Part shown: positions 15,928-25,757 of the stretch, in pieces
Position numbering within the stretch: the stretch's first letter is position 1
Layout of the letters: the number at the start of each line of letters is the position of its first letter
Assembly (NCBI GenBank): GCA_947627805.1
Contig: CANQXB010000003.1
Span: 1-41,398 of the forward strand
Direction: 5' to 3'
Origin: an uncultured Bacilli bacterium
GTDB lineage: Bacteria > Bacillota_I > Bacilli_A > RF39 > UBA660
Length of the DNA stretch: 41,398 nt
Position numbers and translations under genes: made by a program
Notes under the pieces: model-generated
Seen by the model: only the letters and a program-made list of their open reading frames with translations
Told to the model about the DNA's origin: nothing
The model's database searches: none

Positions 15928-18486
15928 TTGAAAAAGGTAGTCTTAGTCGATGGTAACAATTTATTATTTCGTTCTTATTATGCTACAGCTTATACTGGTT
16001 CCATTATGCGTAATAGTAAAGGATTTCCTACTAATGCTTTATATGGCTTTGTGGGAATGATTAATAAAATTATTACAGAAGAAGAGCCAGAATATATGGT
16101 TGTGGCTTTTGATATTGGGAAAAATTTTCGGAAAGAGAAATATGATTTTTATAAAGAAGGGCGAAGTGAAACTCCTGAAGATTTAAAATTGCAAATGCCA
16201 ATAGCGAGAAAAATTTTAGATGCTATGGGTATTAAATATGCAGAACTTTGTCCATATGAAGCAGATGATATAATTGGAACAATTGCCAAATTGGCAGAAA
16301 AAGACCCCAATTTTTATACTTTAATTGTCTCTTCTGATAAAGATTTATTACAACTTATTAGTTTTGAAACGGAAATAAAATTATTAAAACAAACCGGTTT
16401 TATTCGGTATAATGAAGAATCTTTTAAAGCTGATTATGGTATTGACCCAATTAAAATAATCGATTTAAAAAGTTTAATGGGTGATGCTTCCGATAATATT
16501 CCTGGTGTTAAGGGAATTGGTGAAAAAACGGCCTTAAAATTATTACAAGAATATGGTTCTTTAGATGGTATTTATGAAAATATTGATAAGATTACTGGTA
16601 AGACCCAAGAAAAATTATTAGTGGATAAAGAAAATGCTTATATGAGTTATGAACTGGCAACAATTTATAGGGAAGTACCCCTTTCTGTTAATTTTAATGA
16701 TTATAAATATAATGGTCCTAATTTAGATAGTTTAAAGAGTGTTTATGAAGAATTAGAATTTTATTCTATGCTTAAAAATATGCCGCAAAAAAAGCCTCTT
16801 CAAAAAGAAAATAAATATTTAAAGGTTAAAAGTCTTGAGGAAATTAAATTAGAAGATGAAGTGGCCTTCTATTTAGAAGTAAGTAATCTTAATTATCATA
16901 TTGGTGATATTATAGCTTTAAGTATTACAGATAAAAATAATACTTATTATGTTCCGGATTACTTAGTTCAAGATGCTTTAAAATTATTAAAAGGTAAAAA
17001 AGTTTTAACTTATGATTTAAAGAAAGCTTTAGTTAAAAGTAAATTAGATATTCCTTGTGAGTTTGATTTAATGATTGCCTCTTATTTAGTAGACCTTCCT
17101 TCTAGCGAAGATATGGCCAAACTCATGTTAAGTTTTAACGAGAATATTCCTTCTTATGAAGAACTATTTAAAAATAAATTTAATGATTTAGAAAATATTA
17201 TAACTTTAAAAAGTAAATTTATTTTTGAATATAGTCCCAAAATAGAGGAAATGGTTAAGAGTGATGCTCAAGATAAAATTTTTAAAGATATTGAAATGCC
17301 TTTAATCAAAGTGTTAGCTGATATGGAAAATACAGGCTTTAAATTTGAAACGGAAGCCCTAGAGGCCATGAAGGAAGAAATTGTTAAAAAAATTGAATAT
17401 GTTAGTAATGATATATATGATTTATCGGGAGAAGTTTTTAATATTTCTAGTCCTATGCAACTAGGTAATATTTTATTTGAAAAATTAGCCATTGGTAAAA
17501 GTAAAAAACTTACGAGAGGTGGTTATAAAACGGATGTTAAAACATTACAAAAATATATAGATAAACATCCGATAATTCCTAAAGTTTTTGAATATCGAAA
17601 TTTAACTAAACTCTTAAATACTTATATTGAAGGTTTACCTAAATTTGTTTTAAGTGATGGTAAAATTCATACTATTTTTAATCAAACATTAACAAGAACA
17701 GGAAGACTTTCTTCCATGGAACCTAATTTACAAAATATTCCAACTAGAGATGAATATGGTAAAAAAATTAGAATTGCTTTTGTACCAACTAAAGATTTAA
17801 TTTTAAGTGCGGATTATTCGCAAATTGAACTTCGGATTTTAGCTCATATTTCTAATTGTAAAGAATTAATCGAAGCCTTTAAAAATGATGAAGATATTCA
17901 TACCAAAGTAGCGGCTGATATACATGGCATAAAGGAAAGTGAAGTTACTAAAGAAATGCGGAGTATGGCCAAAGCCGTAATTTTTGGAATTGTTTATGGT
18001 ATTAGTGGTTTTGGTTTAGGAGAAAATTTAAATATTTCTCCTAAAGATGCTTATGCTTTTATTGAAAAATACTATGAACTTTACCCAGGAGTTAAAAACT
18101 ATATGGATGAAATTGTTAAATATGCTTATCAAAATGGTTATGTTAAAACGATGTTTGGAAGAATGCGCAAAATTGAGGAACTTAAAGATAGCAATTATCA
18201 TACCAAAGCTATGGGAGAAAGAATGGCTTTAAATACCCCAATTCAAGGAACTAGTGCCGATATTATGAAAATGGCCATGATTAAAGTTTATGAAAAAATT
18301 AAAGAAAATAATTTAGAAAGTAAACTTATTTTACAAGTTCATGATGAAATAATTATTGATGCTAAAAAAGAAGAAGTTCCTAAATTAAAAGAAATATTAA
18401 AAGATGCCATGGAAAATGTAGTTAATTTAAGTGTTCCTTTAAAAATTGATATTAATACGGGAGTTAATTGGTATGATGCTAAATAG
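15928..18486 (+). CDS. polA: DNA polymerase I
   Basis: 5'-3' exonuclease motifs LVDGNN, YEADD, GDASDN; polymerase motifs DYSQIELR, K...FGIVYG, QVHDE. TTG 15928 fits RBS AGGTGG better than GTG 15919. Confidence 0.98.
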   Translation: MKKVVLVDGNNLLFRSYYATAYTGSIMRNSKGFPTNALYGFVGMINKIITEEEPEYMVVAFDIGKNFRKEKYDFYKEGRSETPEDLKLQMPIARKILDAMGIKYAELCPYEADDIIGTIAKLAEKDPNFYTLIVSSDKDLLQLISFETEIKLLKQTGFIRYNEESFKADYGIDPIKIIDLKSLMGDASDNIPGVKGIGEKTALKLLQEYGSLDGIYENIDKITGKTQEKLLVDKENAYMSYELATIYREVPLSVNFNDYKYNGPNLDSLKSVYEELEFYSMLKNMPQKKPLQKENKYLKVKSLEEIKLEDEVAFYLEVSNLNYHIGDIIALSITDKNNTYYVPDYLVQDALKLLKGKKVLTYDLKKALVKSKLDIPCEFDLMIASYLVDLPSSEDMAKLMLSFNENIPSYEELFKNKFNDLENIITLKSKFIFEYSPKIEEMVKSDAQDKIFKDIEMPLIKVLADMENTGFKFETEALEAMKEEIVKKIEYVSNDIYDLSGEVFNISSPMQLGNILFEKLAIGKSKKLTRGGYKTDVKTLQKYIDKHPIIPKVFEYRNLTKLLNTYIEGLPKFVLSDGKIHTIFNQTLTRTGRLSSMEPNLQNIPTRDEYGKKIRIAFVPTKDLILSADYSQIELRILAHISNCKELIEAFKNDEDIHTKVAADIHGIKESEVTKEMRSMAKAVIFGIVYGISGFGLGENLNISPKDAYAFIEKYYELYPGVKNYMDEIVKYAYQNGYVKTMFGRMRKIEELKDSNYHTKAMGERMALNTPIQGTSADIMKMAMIKVYEKIKENNLESKLILQVHDEIIIDAKKEEVPKLKEILKDAMENVVNLSVPLKIDINTGVNWYDAK

Positions 18487-18511
18487 ATTGGTTTTAAAAC
18501 TAATCTTTTTT
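18485..18511 (+). terminator. Terminator after polA
   Basis: AGATTGGTT/AACTAATCT stem plus T-run. Confidence 0.6.
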
Positions 18512-18551
18512 AATAACTTTTTTCGTGATAAAATATTATTAGGTGATAATA

Positions 18552-19376
18552 ATGCCCGAGATAGCAGAAGTAGAAACAGTTAGAAATGTTTTAAAAGAAA
18601 AAATTTTACATAAAAAGATAAAGAATGTAAATATTTTATATTCTAAAATTATTGAAAGTGATTTAGATGAATTTAAAAATGCTTTAATAGGTAATGAATT
18701 TGAAGATATTTTGCGAAAAGGAAAATGGTTAATATTTGCTCTTAAAGCTCATTATTTATTAAGTCATTTAAGAATGGAAGGTAAATATTTTATTAAAGAT
18801 AGTAAGGAAGAAATAGTTAAACATGAGCATATAATTATTTCATTTGCTGATGGAACGGATTTAAGATATCATGATACGAGAAAATTTGGCCGCATGAAAC
18901 TTATAAAAAAAGAAGATTTAGATAAGACAATTGAGATTACTAAACAAGGAAAAGAACCTTTAGATAAAGAGCTAACAAGTGCTTATTTACTTTCTAAATT
19001 TAAAGGGAAAAAATTACCGATTAAAACGGTTTTACTGGACCAAGAAATTATCAGTGGTTTAGGAAATATTTATGCTAATGAAGTTTTATTTGCTTCTAGG
19101 ATTAATCCTTCCAAAAAAGCTTCTTTAATTACGAAAGAGGAGTGTGAAAAGATAATTGCTTCCTCTAAAAAAATTGTGGAAAAAGCCATTTTAATGGGAG
19201 GAACAACCATTAAAAGTTATACTTCTTCTTTGGGAGTAACCGGTCATTATCAAGATTATTTATGTGTTCATAAAAGAGAAGGACTTCCTTGTCCTGTTTG
19301 TGGTAGTCCCATAAAAAAAATAAAAATTGGGGGAAGAAGTACATATTATTGTGAAAAGTGTCAAAAAGATAGGTGA
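18552..19376 (+). CDS. mutM: Formamidopyrimidine-DNA glycosylase Fpg/MutM
   Basis: N-terminal MPE (catalytic Pro2 fixes the start at 18552), HLRMEG, GLGNIYANE, zinc finger CPVC...CEKC. Confidence 0.97.
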   Translation: MPEIAEVETVRNVLKEKILHKKIKNVNILYSKIIESDLDEFKNALIGNEFEDILRKGKWLIFALKAHYLLSHLRMEGKYFIKDSKEEIVKHEHIIISFADGTDLRYHDTRKFGRMKLIKKEDLDKTIEITKQGKEPLDKELTSAYLLSKFKGKKLPIKTVLLDQEIISGLGNIYANEVLFASRINPSKKASLITKEECEKIIASSKKIVEKAILMGGTTIKSYTSSLGVTGHYQDYLCVHKREGLPCPVCGSPIKKIKIGGRSTYYCEKCQKDR

Positions 19377-20461
19377 TTTTATTGGATAAAATAATTAAAA
19401 ATGTTTTAAAAGTAATTATTGATGCGGGTTTTGAAGCTTATGTAGTTGGGGGTTATACCAGAGACTATTTATTAGGCATTAAATCTAATGATATTGATAT
19501 ATGCACTAATGCTTTACCAAAAGAGCTTCATAAGTTATTTCCGGTAAATAATAATTCTAATGATTATGGTGGTTTTAATTTAAAAATTAAAAATTATAAT
19601 ATCGATATAACAACATATCGTAAAGAAATAAAATATGAAGGAAGAAAACCCACTGAAATAGTCTATTTAAATGATTTAGAAAGTGATTTAAAAAGAAGAG
19701 ATTTTACGATTAATGCGGTTTGTTTAGATTATAATGAAAAAATAATTGATTATTTAGATGGCATTTCCGATATAACTAATCATAAAATCAAAATGATTGG
19801 GAATTGTGAGGCCAAAATTAAAGAAGACCCTTTAAGAATTTTAAGGGCCATTCGTTTTGCCAGTGTTTTAAACTTTGAATTAGATAGTCTTTTAGAAAAA
19901 GAAATAGAAGAAAATTATCAATTAATTTTAACATTATCAAATATTAGAATTAAAGAAGAAATAACTAAAATATTATTAAATAAAAATTATCAAAAAGGTC
20001 TTAATCTTCTTAGAAAATTTCATATTTTAGAGATTCTTAATATTAATTATGATGAGATAAATTATGTCAATGATATAGGAGGAATGTGGGCTCAATTAGA
20101 TTTTTCATTCAACTCTTCATTTACAAAGCAAGAAATAAGAAATATAATAAACATTAGAAACATTTTAGAAAAAGGTGAAATTACTAATCAAATTTTATAT
20201 GAATATGGTTTATATACTTCTCTAGTGGCTGCTGAAATTTTAAATATTAATAAAAATGAAGTTAATGAATTATATGAGAAATTAGATTTAAAAACAGAAA
20301 GAGATTTAGATATTTCTTCGGAAGATATTATGAATGTTTTAAAGATAAAACCTTCTAAAGAATTAAAAGAGATTAAAGAAAAATTAATTACTTTAATTTT
20401 AGAAGGAAAGTTAGAAAATCAAAAAAATTCTTTAATTAATTATTTAAAAGGAAAAGAGTGA
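19373..20461 (+). CDS. cca: Class II CCA tRNA nucleotidyltransferase
   Basis: VGG..RD, DIDI, RRDFTINA, EDPLRILRA motifs; start may be TTG 19382. Confidence 0.88.
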   Translation: MILLDKIIKNVLKVIIDAGFEAYVVGGYTRDYLLGIKSNDIDICTNALPKELHKLFPVNNNSNDYGGFNLKIKNYNIDITTYRKEIKYEGRKPTEIVYLNDLESDLKRRDFTINAVCLDYNEKIIDYLDGISDITNHKIKMIGNCEAKIKEDPLRILRAIRFASVLNFELDSLLEKEIEENYQLILTLSNIRIKEEITKILLNKNYQKGLNLLRKFHILEILNINYDEINYVNDIGGMWAQLDFSFNSSFTKQEIRNIINIRNILEKGEITNQILYEYGLYTSLVAAEILNINKNEVNELYEKLDLKTERDLDISSEDIMNVLKIKPSKELKEIKEKLITLILEGKLENQKNSLINYLKGKE

Positions 20462-21102
20462 AATCAAAAATGAGTAATAATAAAAAATTTGTAGTTGAAG
20501 CTAATTTTATTGAAAATGCTGTCCGCTTAAATTTATCATTAAGTGAATTTTTATTATTACTTTATTTTGAAAATGATGATGAAGGGGTTTTTGACTTAGA
20601 AAAAATTAGTCATAAATTAAAAGTTGATAAAAATATTATTATGGAAGCTTTTAATAATTTAATAAGTAAAAAATTAATTGATTTAAAGAATGAAAAAGAT
20701 TTAACAGGAAAAATAATTGATAAAGTATCTTTAAATAGTTTTTATGAAAAATTAAAAGAAAAACAAAAAAAGGAAGAAAAAGATAAATTACAAGAAGATA
20801 TTTTTTCAAAATTTGAAAGGGAATTTGGTCGTCCTTTATCAGGAACGGAATTTGAAATTATTAAAGCATGGATTTCTAAAATGTATAGTGAAGAACTTAT
20901 TTTAAAAGCTTTAGAAGAAGCCGTTTATAATGGTGCAACAAGTATAAGATATATTGATACGATACTTTATGAATGGCATAAAAAAGGCTTTAAAACTAAA
21001 GAAGATGTGGAAAATTATTTTCAAAATAGATATGAAAATAAAAAATTAGAAGAAACAAATATATTAGAGTATAATTGGTTAGAAGATAATGAAGATAAGT
21101 AG
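20458..21102 (+). CDS. dnaD: Primosomal protein DnaD
   Basis: FEREFGRPLS..E, ALEEAV, RYID.IL.EW, C-terminal YNWLE; adjacent to nth as in Bacillus. Confidence 0.9.
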   Translation: MKSKMSNNKKFVVEANFIENAVRLNLSLSEFLLLLYFENDDEGVFDLEKISHKLKVDKNIIMEAFNNLISKKLIDLKNEKDLTGKIIDKVSLNSFYEKLKEKQKKEEKDKLQEDIFSKFEREFGRPLSGTEFEIIKAWISKMYSEELILKALEEAVYNGATSIRYIDTILYEWHKKGFKTKEDVENYFQNRYENKKLEETNILEYNWLEDNEDK

Positions 21103-21709
21103 TGAAGAAATAATTAAAAATTTAGATATTTTAATTCCTAATCCTAAGTGTGAATTAAATTACACTAAAGATTATGAACTTTTAATTGCCACCATTTTAT
21201 CAGCTCAAACAACTGATAAAAGAGTAAATATGGTGACAGAAGATTTATTTAAATATAGTTTAGAAGAATTAGCTAATTTAGACTTAAAGAAATTAGAAAA
21301 TATTATTAAACCTATTGGTACTTATACTAGAAAAGCTGTTTATGTAAAAGAAGTTGCCATAAGACTTTTAAGGGAACAAAACGGAATAGTTCCTAATAAT
21401 AGAAGTTATTTAGAAAGTTTACCAGGGGTGGGAAGAAAAGTGGCTAATGTTGTTCTTTCTAATCTTTTTGATGAACCAGCCATTGCGGTAGATACTCATG
21501 TTGAAAGAGTTTCCAAAAGATTAGGATTAGCTAAAGAAAATGATAATGTTTTAACTGTTGAAAAGAAATTAATGAAAATATTTCCTAAAGATAAATGGAG
21601 TAGATTACATCATCAATTAGTCTTATTTGGTAGATATACTTGTAAAAGTATTAAGCCCAATTGTTCTGAATGTCCTTTCTGTAATAATTGTAAATTTTTT
21701 CAAAAGTAA
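21089..21709 (+). CDS. nth: Endonuclease III
   Basis: ILSAQTTD, HhH LPGVGRKVAN, AVDTHV, 4Fe-4S motif C-x6-C-x2-C-x5-C. Confidence 0.96.
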   Translation: MKISSEEIIKNLDILIPNPKCELNYTKDYELLIATILSAQTTDKRVNMVTEDLFKYSLEELANLDLKKLENIIKPIGTYTRKAVYVKEVAIRLLREQNGIVPNNRSYLESLPGVGRKVANVVLSNLFDEPAIAVDTHVERVSKRLGLAKENDNVLTVEKKLMKIFPKDKWSRLHHQLVLFGRYTCKSIKPNCSECPFCNNCKFFQK

Positions 21710-21710
21710 T

Positions 21711-21741
21711 ATTGTAAATCTGTTACAATTTGTATTAAAAT
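21711..21741 (+). promoter_or_regulatory. Palindromic operator overlapping the putative promoter of the XRE gene
   Basis: ATTGTAA-N5-TTACAAT over TTGTAA-18bp-TAAAAT. Confidence 0.5.
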
Positions 21742-21756
21742 TAAATTGTGGTGTTT

Positions 21757-22887
21757 ATGATAGATAGTAAATTTGGAAATGTAATTAGTAGTTTAAGGAA
21801 AGAAATGGGGTTGACTCAAAAAGATTTAGCGGACAAATTAGGAATAACTGATAAAGCAATATCCAGATGGGAAACAGGTAAAAGTTATCCAACTTTAGAA
21901 ATGACATATCAAATTAGTAAATTTTTTAATGTTCCTTTTAACGATTTAATGACTGCAAGAGTTAGCGACGATGATGAAAATGATGTAGTAGCCAGTATTA
22001 TTAAAGAATTTAATAAAATGAATAAAAAGAAAACTAGAATATTAAAGATAGCTTTAATAATATCTTTAGTTGTGGCTTTAATAGTAATTGGTGTTTTAAT
22101 ATTTAGTAGTACTTATAATAAATTTAAAGTTTATAATGTTAATATTGAAAATGAAGATTTAAATAGTATTAATGGAACTTATATTGAAACTAATATAAAA
22201 GATACTTTAAATTTAGGGAGTATTTTCTTAAAAAATTATACTTTAAAAGAAAATGATACCATATCTGCTGATATTTATTATGTGGAAAATGATAAAGAGT
22301 ATATTTTACAATCTTTTAATACTTTAAATAATCTTTATTTTAATAGTTATTCTAGTTATATTAAAATCAATAATTTAAGTGATTATTTTGATAAGTTATA
22401 TTTAAGAATAAAAATAATTAATTCTAATAATGAAGTAAAAAAATATAAAGCCAAATTTATTTTTACGGAAGATTTTTCTAATAACAAACTTTATAAAAAT
22501 GAAGAAACCTATATCGATAATGAATATAAACTAATTGATTTAACAGAAGAAGAAATTGTTGATATTTTGATTAAAAATGATTTTGAAAAAATTACTTCAG
22601 TTATGTATACTAAAACAATTAATAAATATAAAGTAGCTTATTTTGTCGACTCTAATAATCTTAAAATTACATATACTGATAATAATTTAAAATATGATTA
22701 TACTTATAGTTTAGAAAACGATATTTTAAAAGTTATTATTAAAGATGAAAATAGTACAGAGATAGAAAATTATCAATATAATAATGCCAATGGTAAAATT
22801 GTTGAATGTATTGCTGGTAAATGTAATAACTATAAAGATATAATGATTTTAATAGATAAATATTTCTTAAATTTATTGGAAAAATAA
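21757..22887 (+). CDS. XRE-family HTH protein with one TM helix and a large extracytoplasmic domain
   Basis: LRKEMGLTQKDLADKLGITDKAISRWETGKSYP, TM IALIISLVVALIVIGVLIF, about 255-aa Asn/Tyr-rich C-terminus. Start ATG 21757 or GTG 21748. Confidence 0.85.
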   Translation: MIDSKFGNVISSLRKEMGLTQKDLADKLGITDKAISRWETGKSYPTLEMTYQISKFFNVPFNDLMTARVSDDDENDVVASIIKEFNKMNKKKTRILKIALIISLVVALIVIGVLIFSSTYNKFKVYNVNIENEDLNSINGTYIETNIKDTLNLGSIFLKNYTLKENDTISADIYYVENDKEYILQSFNTLNNLYFNSYSSYIKINNLSDYFDKLYLRIKIINSNNEVKKYKAKFIFTEDFSNNKLYKNEETYIDNEYKLIDLTEEEIVDILIKNDFEKITSVMYTKTINKYKVAYFVDSNNLKITYTDNNLKYDYTYSLENDILKVIIKDENSTEIENYQYNNANGKIVECIAGKCNNYKDIMILIDKYFLNLLEK

Positions 22888-22929
22888 AAATTCTCGTTTT
22901 GATAGATATTCCTTTCTCGCAAATATAGG

Positions 22930-22958
22930 TTGTCAAAATTCGCCAAAAATTTTAAAAT
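22930..22958 (+). promoter_or_regulatory. sigmaA-like promoter of the secreted protein gene
   Basis: TTGTCA-17bp-TAAAAT; RBS AAGGAG/AAGGGA downstream. Confidence 0.65.
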
Positions 22959-22984
22959 GAAAGTGGAAAGGAGATAAAAGGGAT

Positions 22985-23827
22985 TTGAAGAACATAAGGT
23001 TTATATTTTTTGCTTTAGTTAGTCTACTTGTTATTTTACCATTATATACACATGCGGAAAATATTACTAACCAAAATGGTGTAGTTATGACAGAAGAAGA
23101 ATACAATAACTTTTTAAAAATTTATACCGAACCATATATAATGACTATGACCCAAGAAAAATATGAAAAAGCTAAAGAATATGATTATTCTAATGTCAAA
23201 ACTGAAACCATATATGTTGAAACTAAATATAATCCGCATTTAGGAATATCATCTGATAAAATTATTAGTAAAGAAGAATACGACAATATTAAACCAGGAT
23301 TAAAACCCAATCTTAGTGATAATGGGGCATATGAAGAAACAACAGCTAAGACATTTTCATTAAGTTTAGTTGGTAGTACTACTTGGAACACAATTATAGC
23401 TACCGCAACTTGGAAAAGCATTCCTTCCACAAGGTCTTTCGATGTCATCGGCTTTAGAGGTTATGATTTTAGATTTAGTGAAGGTTCTCAAAGTGGTACC
23501 CAAGTATACAAAGAAAATGGCACATATAAATATATTAATTATGGATATAATGGTACTAATATTAAAAAATTCGACAATGGTTATGGTATTTCAATGAATA
23601 TTGTTAATAATACAATTTCTTATTTGCAAACAACTACGGAATGTGATGTTACTCCAACAAGTGCCCATCCAACAATATATGCATCATATCAACATGCTGT
23701 AAAAGATATAAGTTTAAGTCAATCACAAAATTATAGTCTTGGACCAGGTCTAGGCAATGTATTTGTTTATCCAAGTAATATAGTTCAATATCTTGATGGA
23801 ATGCAAGGCTTATACTTACAATATTAG
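22985..23827 (+). CDS. Secreted hypothetical protein
   Basis: TTG start; Sec signal peptide ending THA-E; beta-rich Thr/Gly/Tyr C-terminal half; no anchor seen. Confidence 0.85.
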   Translation: MKNIRFIFFALVSLLVILPLYTHAENITNQNGVVMTEEEYNNFLKIYTEPYIMTMTQEKYEKAKEYDYSNVKTETIYVETKYNPHLGISSDKIISKEEYDNIKPGLKPNLSDNGAYEETTAKTFSLSLVGSTTWNTIIATATWKSIPSTRSFDVIGFRGYDFRFSEGSQSGTQVYKENGTYKYINYGYNGTNIKKFDNGYGISMNIVNNTISYLQTTTECDVTPTSAHPTIYASYQHAVKDISLSQSQNYSLGPGLGNVFVYPSNIVQYLDGMQGLYLQY

Positions 23828-23900
23828 TTTCATAATAGGTTAGACTGCGGAAAGTAAAAAATTAAAAATTATTTCTCAGGTCGTTTTTATTAAATTTCTG

Positions 23901-24058
23901 GCGATGTTATTGGTTTTTGCAATATCGCTTAAATAAAAATTAGCAAAAGCCAAAAAATACATAGGAAACATAGACATAGCAAGAAATCTGCTATTCGACA
24001 TTTACTATTTGTATGTGACACGGGCGTGAATATAAATAATATTCGTGTCCGTTTTTTT
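23901..24058 (+). ncRNA. Candidate structured RNA: H-type pseudoknot, long irregular hairpin, terminator
   Basis: S1 23901-08/23921-28; S2 23910-20/23943-53; hairpin 23957-68/24001-14 enclosing 23976-81/23989-94. G-U pairs are consistent with the + strand. Confidence 0.55.
24020..24058 (+). terminator. Strong intrinsic terminator upstream of spoIVA
   Basis: 14-bp stem ACGGGCGTGAATAT/ATATTCGTGTCCGT (3 G-U pairs) plus T-run. Confidence 0.85.
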
Positions 24059-24086
24059 GCATAAAGTTATTTTTTTCACATAGCAT
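24059..24086 (+). promoter_or_regulatory. sigmaE-type promoter of spoIVA
   Basis: gcATA at 24059-63 and CATAGCAT at 24079-86 fit the ATA-N16-18-cATAcaNT consensus; spoIVA is sigmaE-dependent in Bacillus. Confidence 0.65.
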
Positions 24087-24109
24087 TAAGTAGATAAAGG
24101 AGAGAAGTT

Positions 24110-25588
24110 ATGGAAAAAGAAAATATAATATCTTCGATTGCCAAAAGAGGAAATGGGGAAATATATTTAGGAGTAGTTGGAGCTGTAAGAACTGGTAAAT
24201 CAACTTTTATTAAAAGATTTATTGAAAACTTAGTGGTTCCTAATATTACGGATGATTTTGATAAAAAGAAATGTTTAGATGAAATTCCTCAAAGTGCTGA
24301 AGGTAAAACAATAATGACTACTGAACCTAAATTTGTACCTTCTAATGGGGCCAATATTAAAGTTGATAATTTTGAAACCAGTATTAAACTAGTTGATTGT
24401 GTTGGTTATGTTATTCCGGAAGCCAATGGTTATGAAGATGAAGATGGTAATCCAAGAATGGTTAAAACCCCTTGGTTTCCTGATGCCATTCCTTTTGTTG
24501 AGGCTGCCGAAGTTGGAACCGAAAAAGTTATAAAAGACCATTCGACAATTGGAATAGTTGTAACAACTGATGGTTCTTTTGGAGAAATCAAAAGAGAAAA
24601 CTATATCGAGGCTGAAGAAAAAATAGTAGGAGAATTAAAAGAAATTGGTAAACCTTTTATTGTGGTTTTAAATTCCTCTCATCCTACAAACACCGAAACA
24701 GTTGAACTTTCGCGTTCTTTAAGTGATTCTTATGATGTTCCTGTTATGCCTATTAATGTGGAAGCAATGAACGAAAAAGAAATAATGAGTATTTTAAAAG
24801 AAGCCTTATATGAATTCCCAGTTTTAGATATTTTAGTTAATATGCCTGAATGGGTTCATGTTTTACCAAACAATAATGAAATAAAGAGTCATTATTTAGA
24901 CAAGATTAAAGAAAGTGTTATCAGTGTTTCTAAAGTTAAAGATATTGATTATATAACGAGCCATTTTGAAGATAGTGAATATATCTCTAAAGCCTATATA
25001 AGTGAACTTGATACTGCTAGTGGAACGGTAACGATAAACTTAGAAAGTCCTAATGAATTATATAATGCCACTTTAAAAAATTTAATGGGCGAAAGTGCCA
25101 TGACAAAAGCGGGACTTTTAAAAATCTTTGCTACTTATAAAGAAAATGCAGAAGAAACTAATCTTTTAAAAGGAGCCATTAGACAAGCTAAAACAACGGG
25201 TTATGGAATTGTTTATCCAACTTTAAAAGATATGAAATTAGAAACTCCAGAAATTGTTAAACAAGGAAGTCGTTATGGCGTAAAATTAAAAGCAGTGGCT
25301 TCAAGTATTCATTTACTTAAAGTTGATGTTGAAAGTACTTTTGAACCAATTATCGGTAGTGAAGTCCAAAGTAAAGAACTAATTGATTATCTAATGAAAG
25401 ATTATGAAACTGATCCAAGTAATATTTGGAAAAGTGAAATCTTTGGTCGTAGTTTAGAGGCCATAGTGGGTGAAGGTATTCAAGCTAAACTAAATATGAT
25501 GCCTGAAAATACCCGTTTTAAACTTTCCAATACTGTTACGAAGATAGTTAATAAGGGTTCAAATAACTTAATTGCGATTGTTTTATAA
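24110..25588 (+). CDS. spoIVA: Stage IV sporulation protein A (spore coat morphogenetic ATPase)
   Basis: IYLGVVGAVRTGKSTFIKRF, MTTEPKFVP, DCVGY, RMVKTPW, IVVTTDGS; 492 aa; followed by hup as in Bacillus. Confidence 0.97.
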   Translation: MEKENIISSIAKRGNGEIYLGVVGAVRTGKSTFIKRFIENLVVPNITDDFDKKKCLDEIPQSAEGKTIMTTEPKFVPSNGANIKVDNFETSIKLVDCVGYVIPEANGYEDEDGNPRMVKTPWFPDAIPFVEAAEVGTEKVIKDHSTIGIVVTTDGSFGEIKRENYIEAEEKIVGELKEIGKPFIVVLNSSHPTNTETVELSRSLSDSYDVPVMPINVEAMNEKEIMSILKEALYEFPVLDILVNMPEWVHVLPNNNEIKSHYLDKIKESVISVSKVKDIDYITSHFEDSEYISKAYISELDTASGTVTINLESPNELYNATLKNLMGESAMTKAGLLKIFATYKENAEETNLLKGAIRQAKTTGYGIVYPTLKDMKLETPEIVKQGSRYGVKLKAVASSIHLLKVDVESTFEPIIGSEVQSKELIDYLMKDYETDPSNIWKSEIFGRSLEAIVGEGIQAKLNMMPENTRFKLSNTVTKIVNKGSNNLIAIVL

Positions 25589-25622
25589 CCAATTAATGTC
25601 AAAAATAAGTTAATATAAGAGG

Positions 25623-25648
25623 AAAATTGCGATTATATCGCAATTTTT
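25623..25648 (+). terminator. Terminator after spoIVA
   Basis: AAAATTGCGAT-tat-ATCGCAATTTT plus Ts. Confidence 0.85.
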
Positions 25649-25660
25649 TAATATTTTTTA

Positions 25661-25689
25661 TTGATTTTAAGCCTATTTTTTGTTAATCT
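25661..25689 (+). promoter_or_regulatory. sigmaA promoter of hup
   Basis: TTGATT-17bp-TAATCT with extended TG. Confidence 0.7.
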
Positions 25690-25757
25690 TAATATGTGAG
25701 GACAATACGTCCGAAGCAAAAGATAATGTTTAAACGAAAAATGAGGAGGTAAGAAAC

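Noticed and set aside
19373-20461. CC-only enzyme or poly(A) polymerase instead of CCA-adding enzyme
   Set aside because: The flexible loop (R.E..Y..R.P) and EDxxR motif are present and no PAP signature was seen; specificity cannot be proven by eye.
23828-24058. SRP RNA, 6S RNA, tmRNA, RNase P or a preQ1/c-di-GMP riboswitch
   Set aside because: Their conserved sequence signatures were not found.
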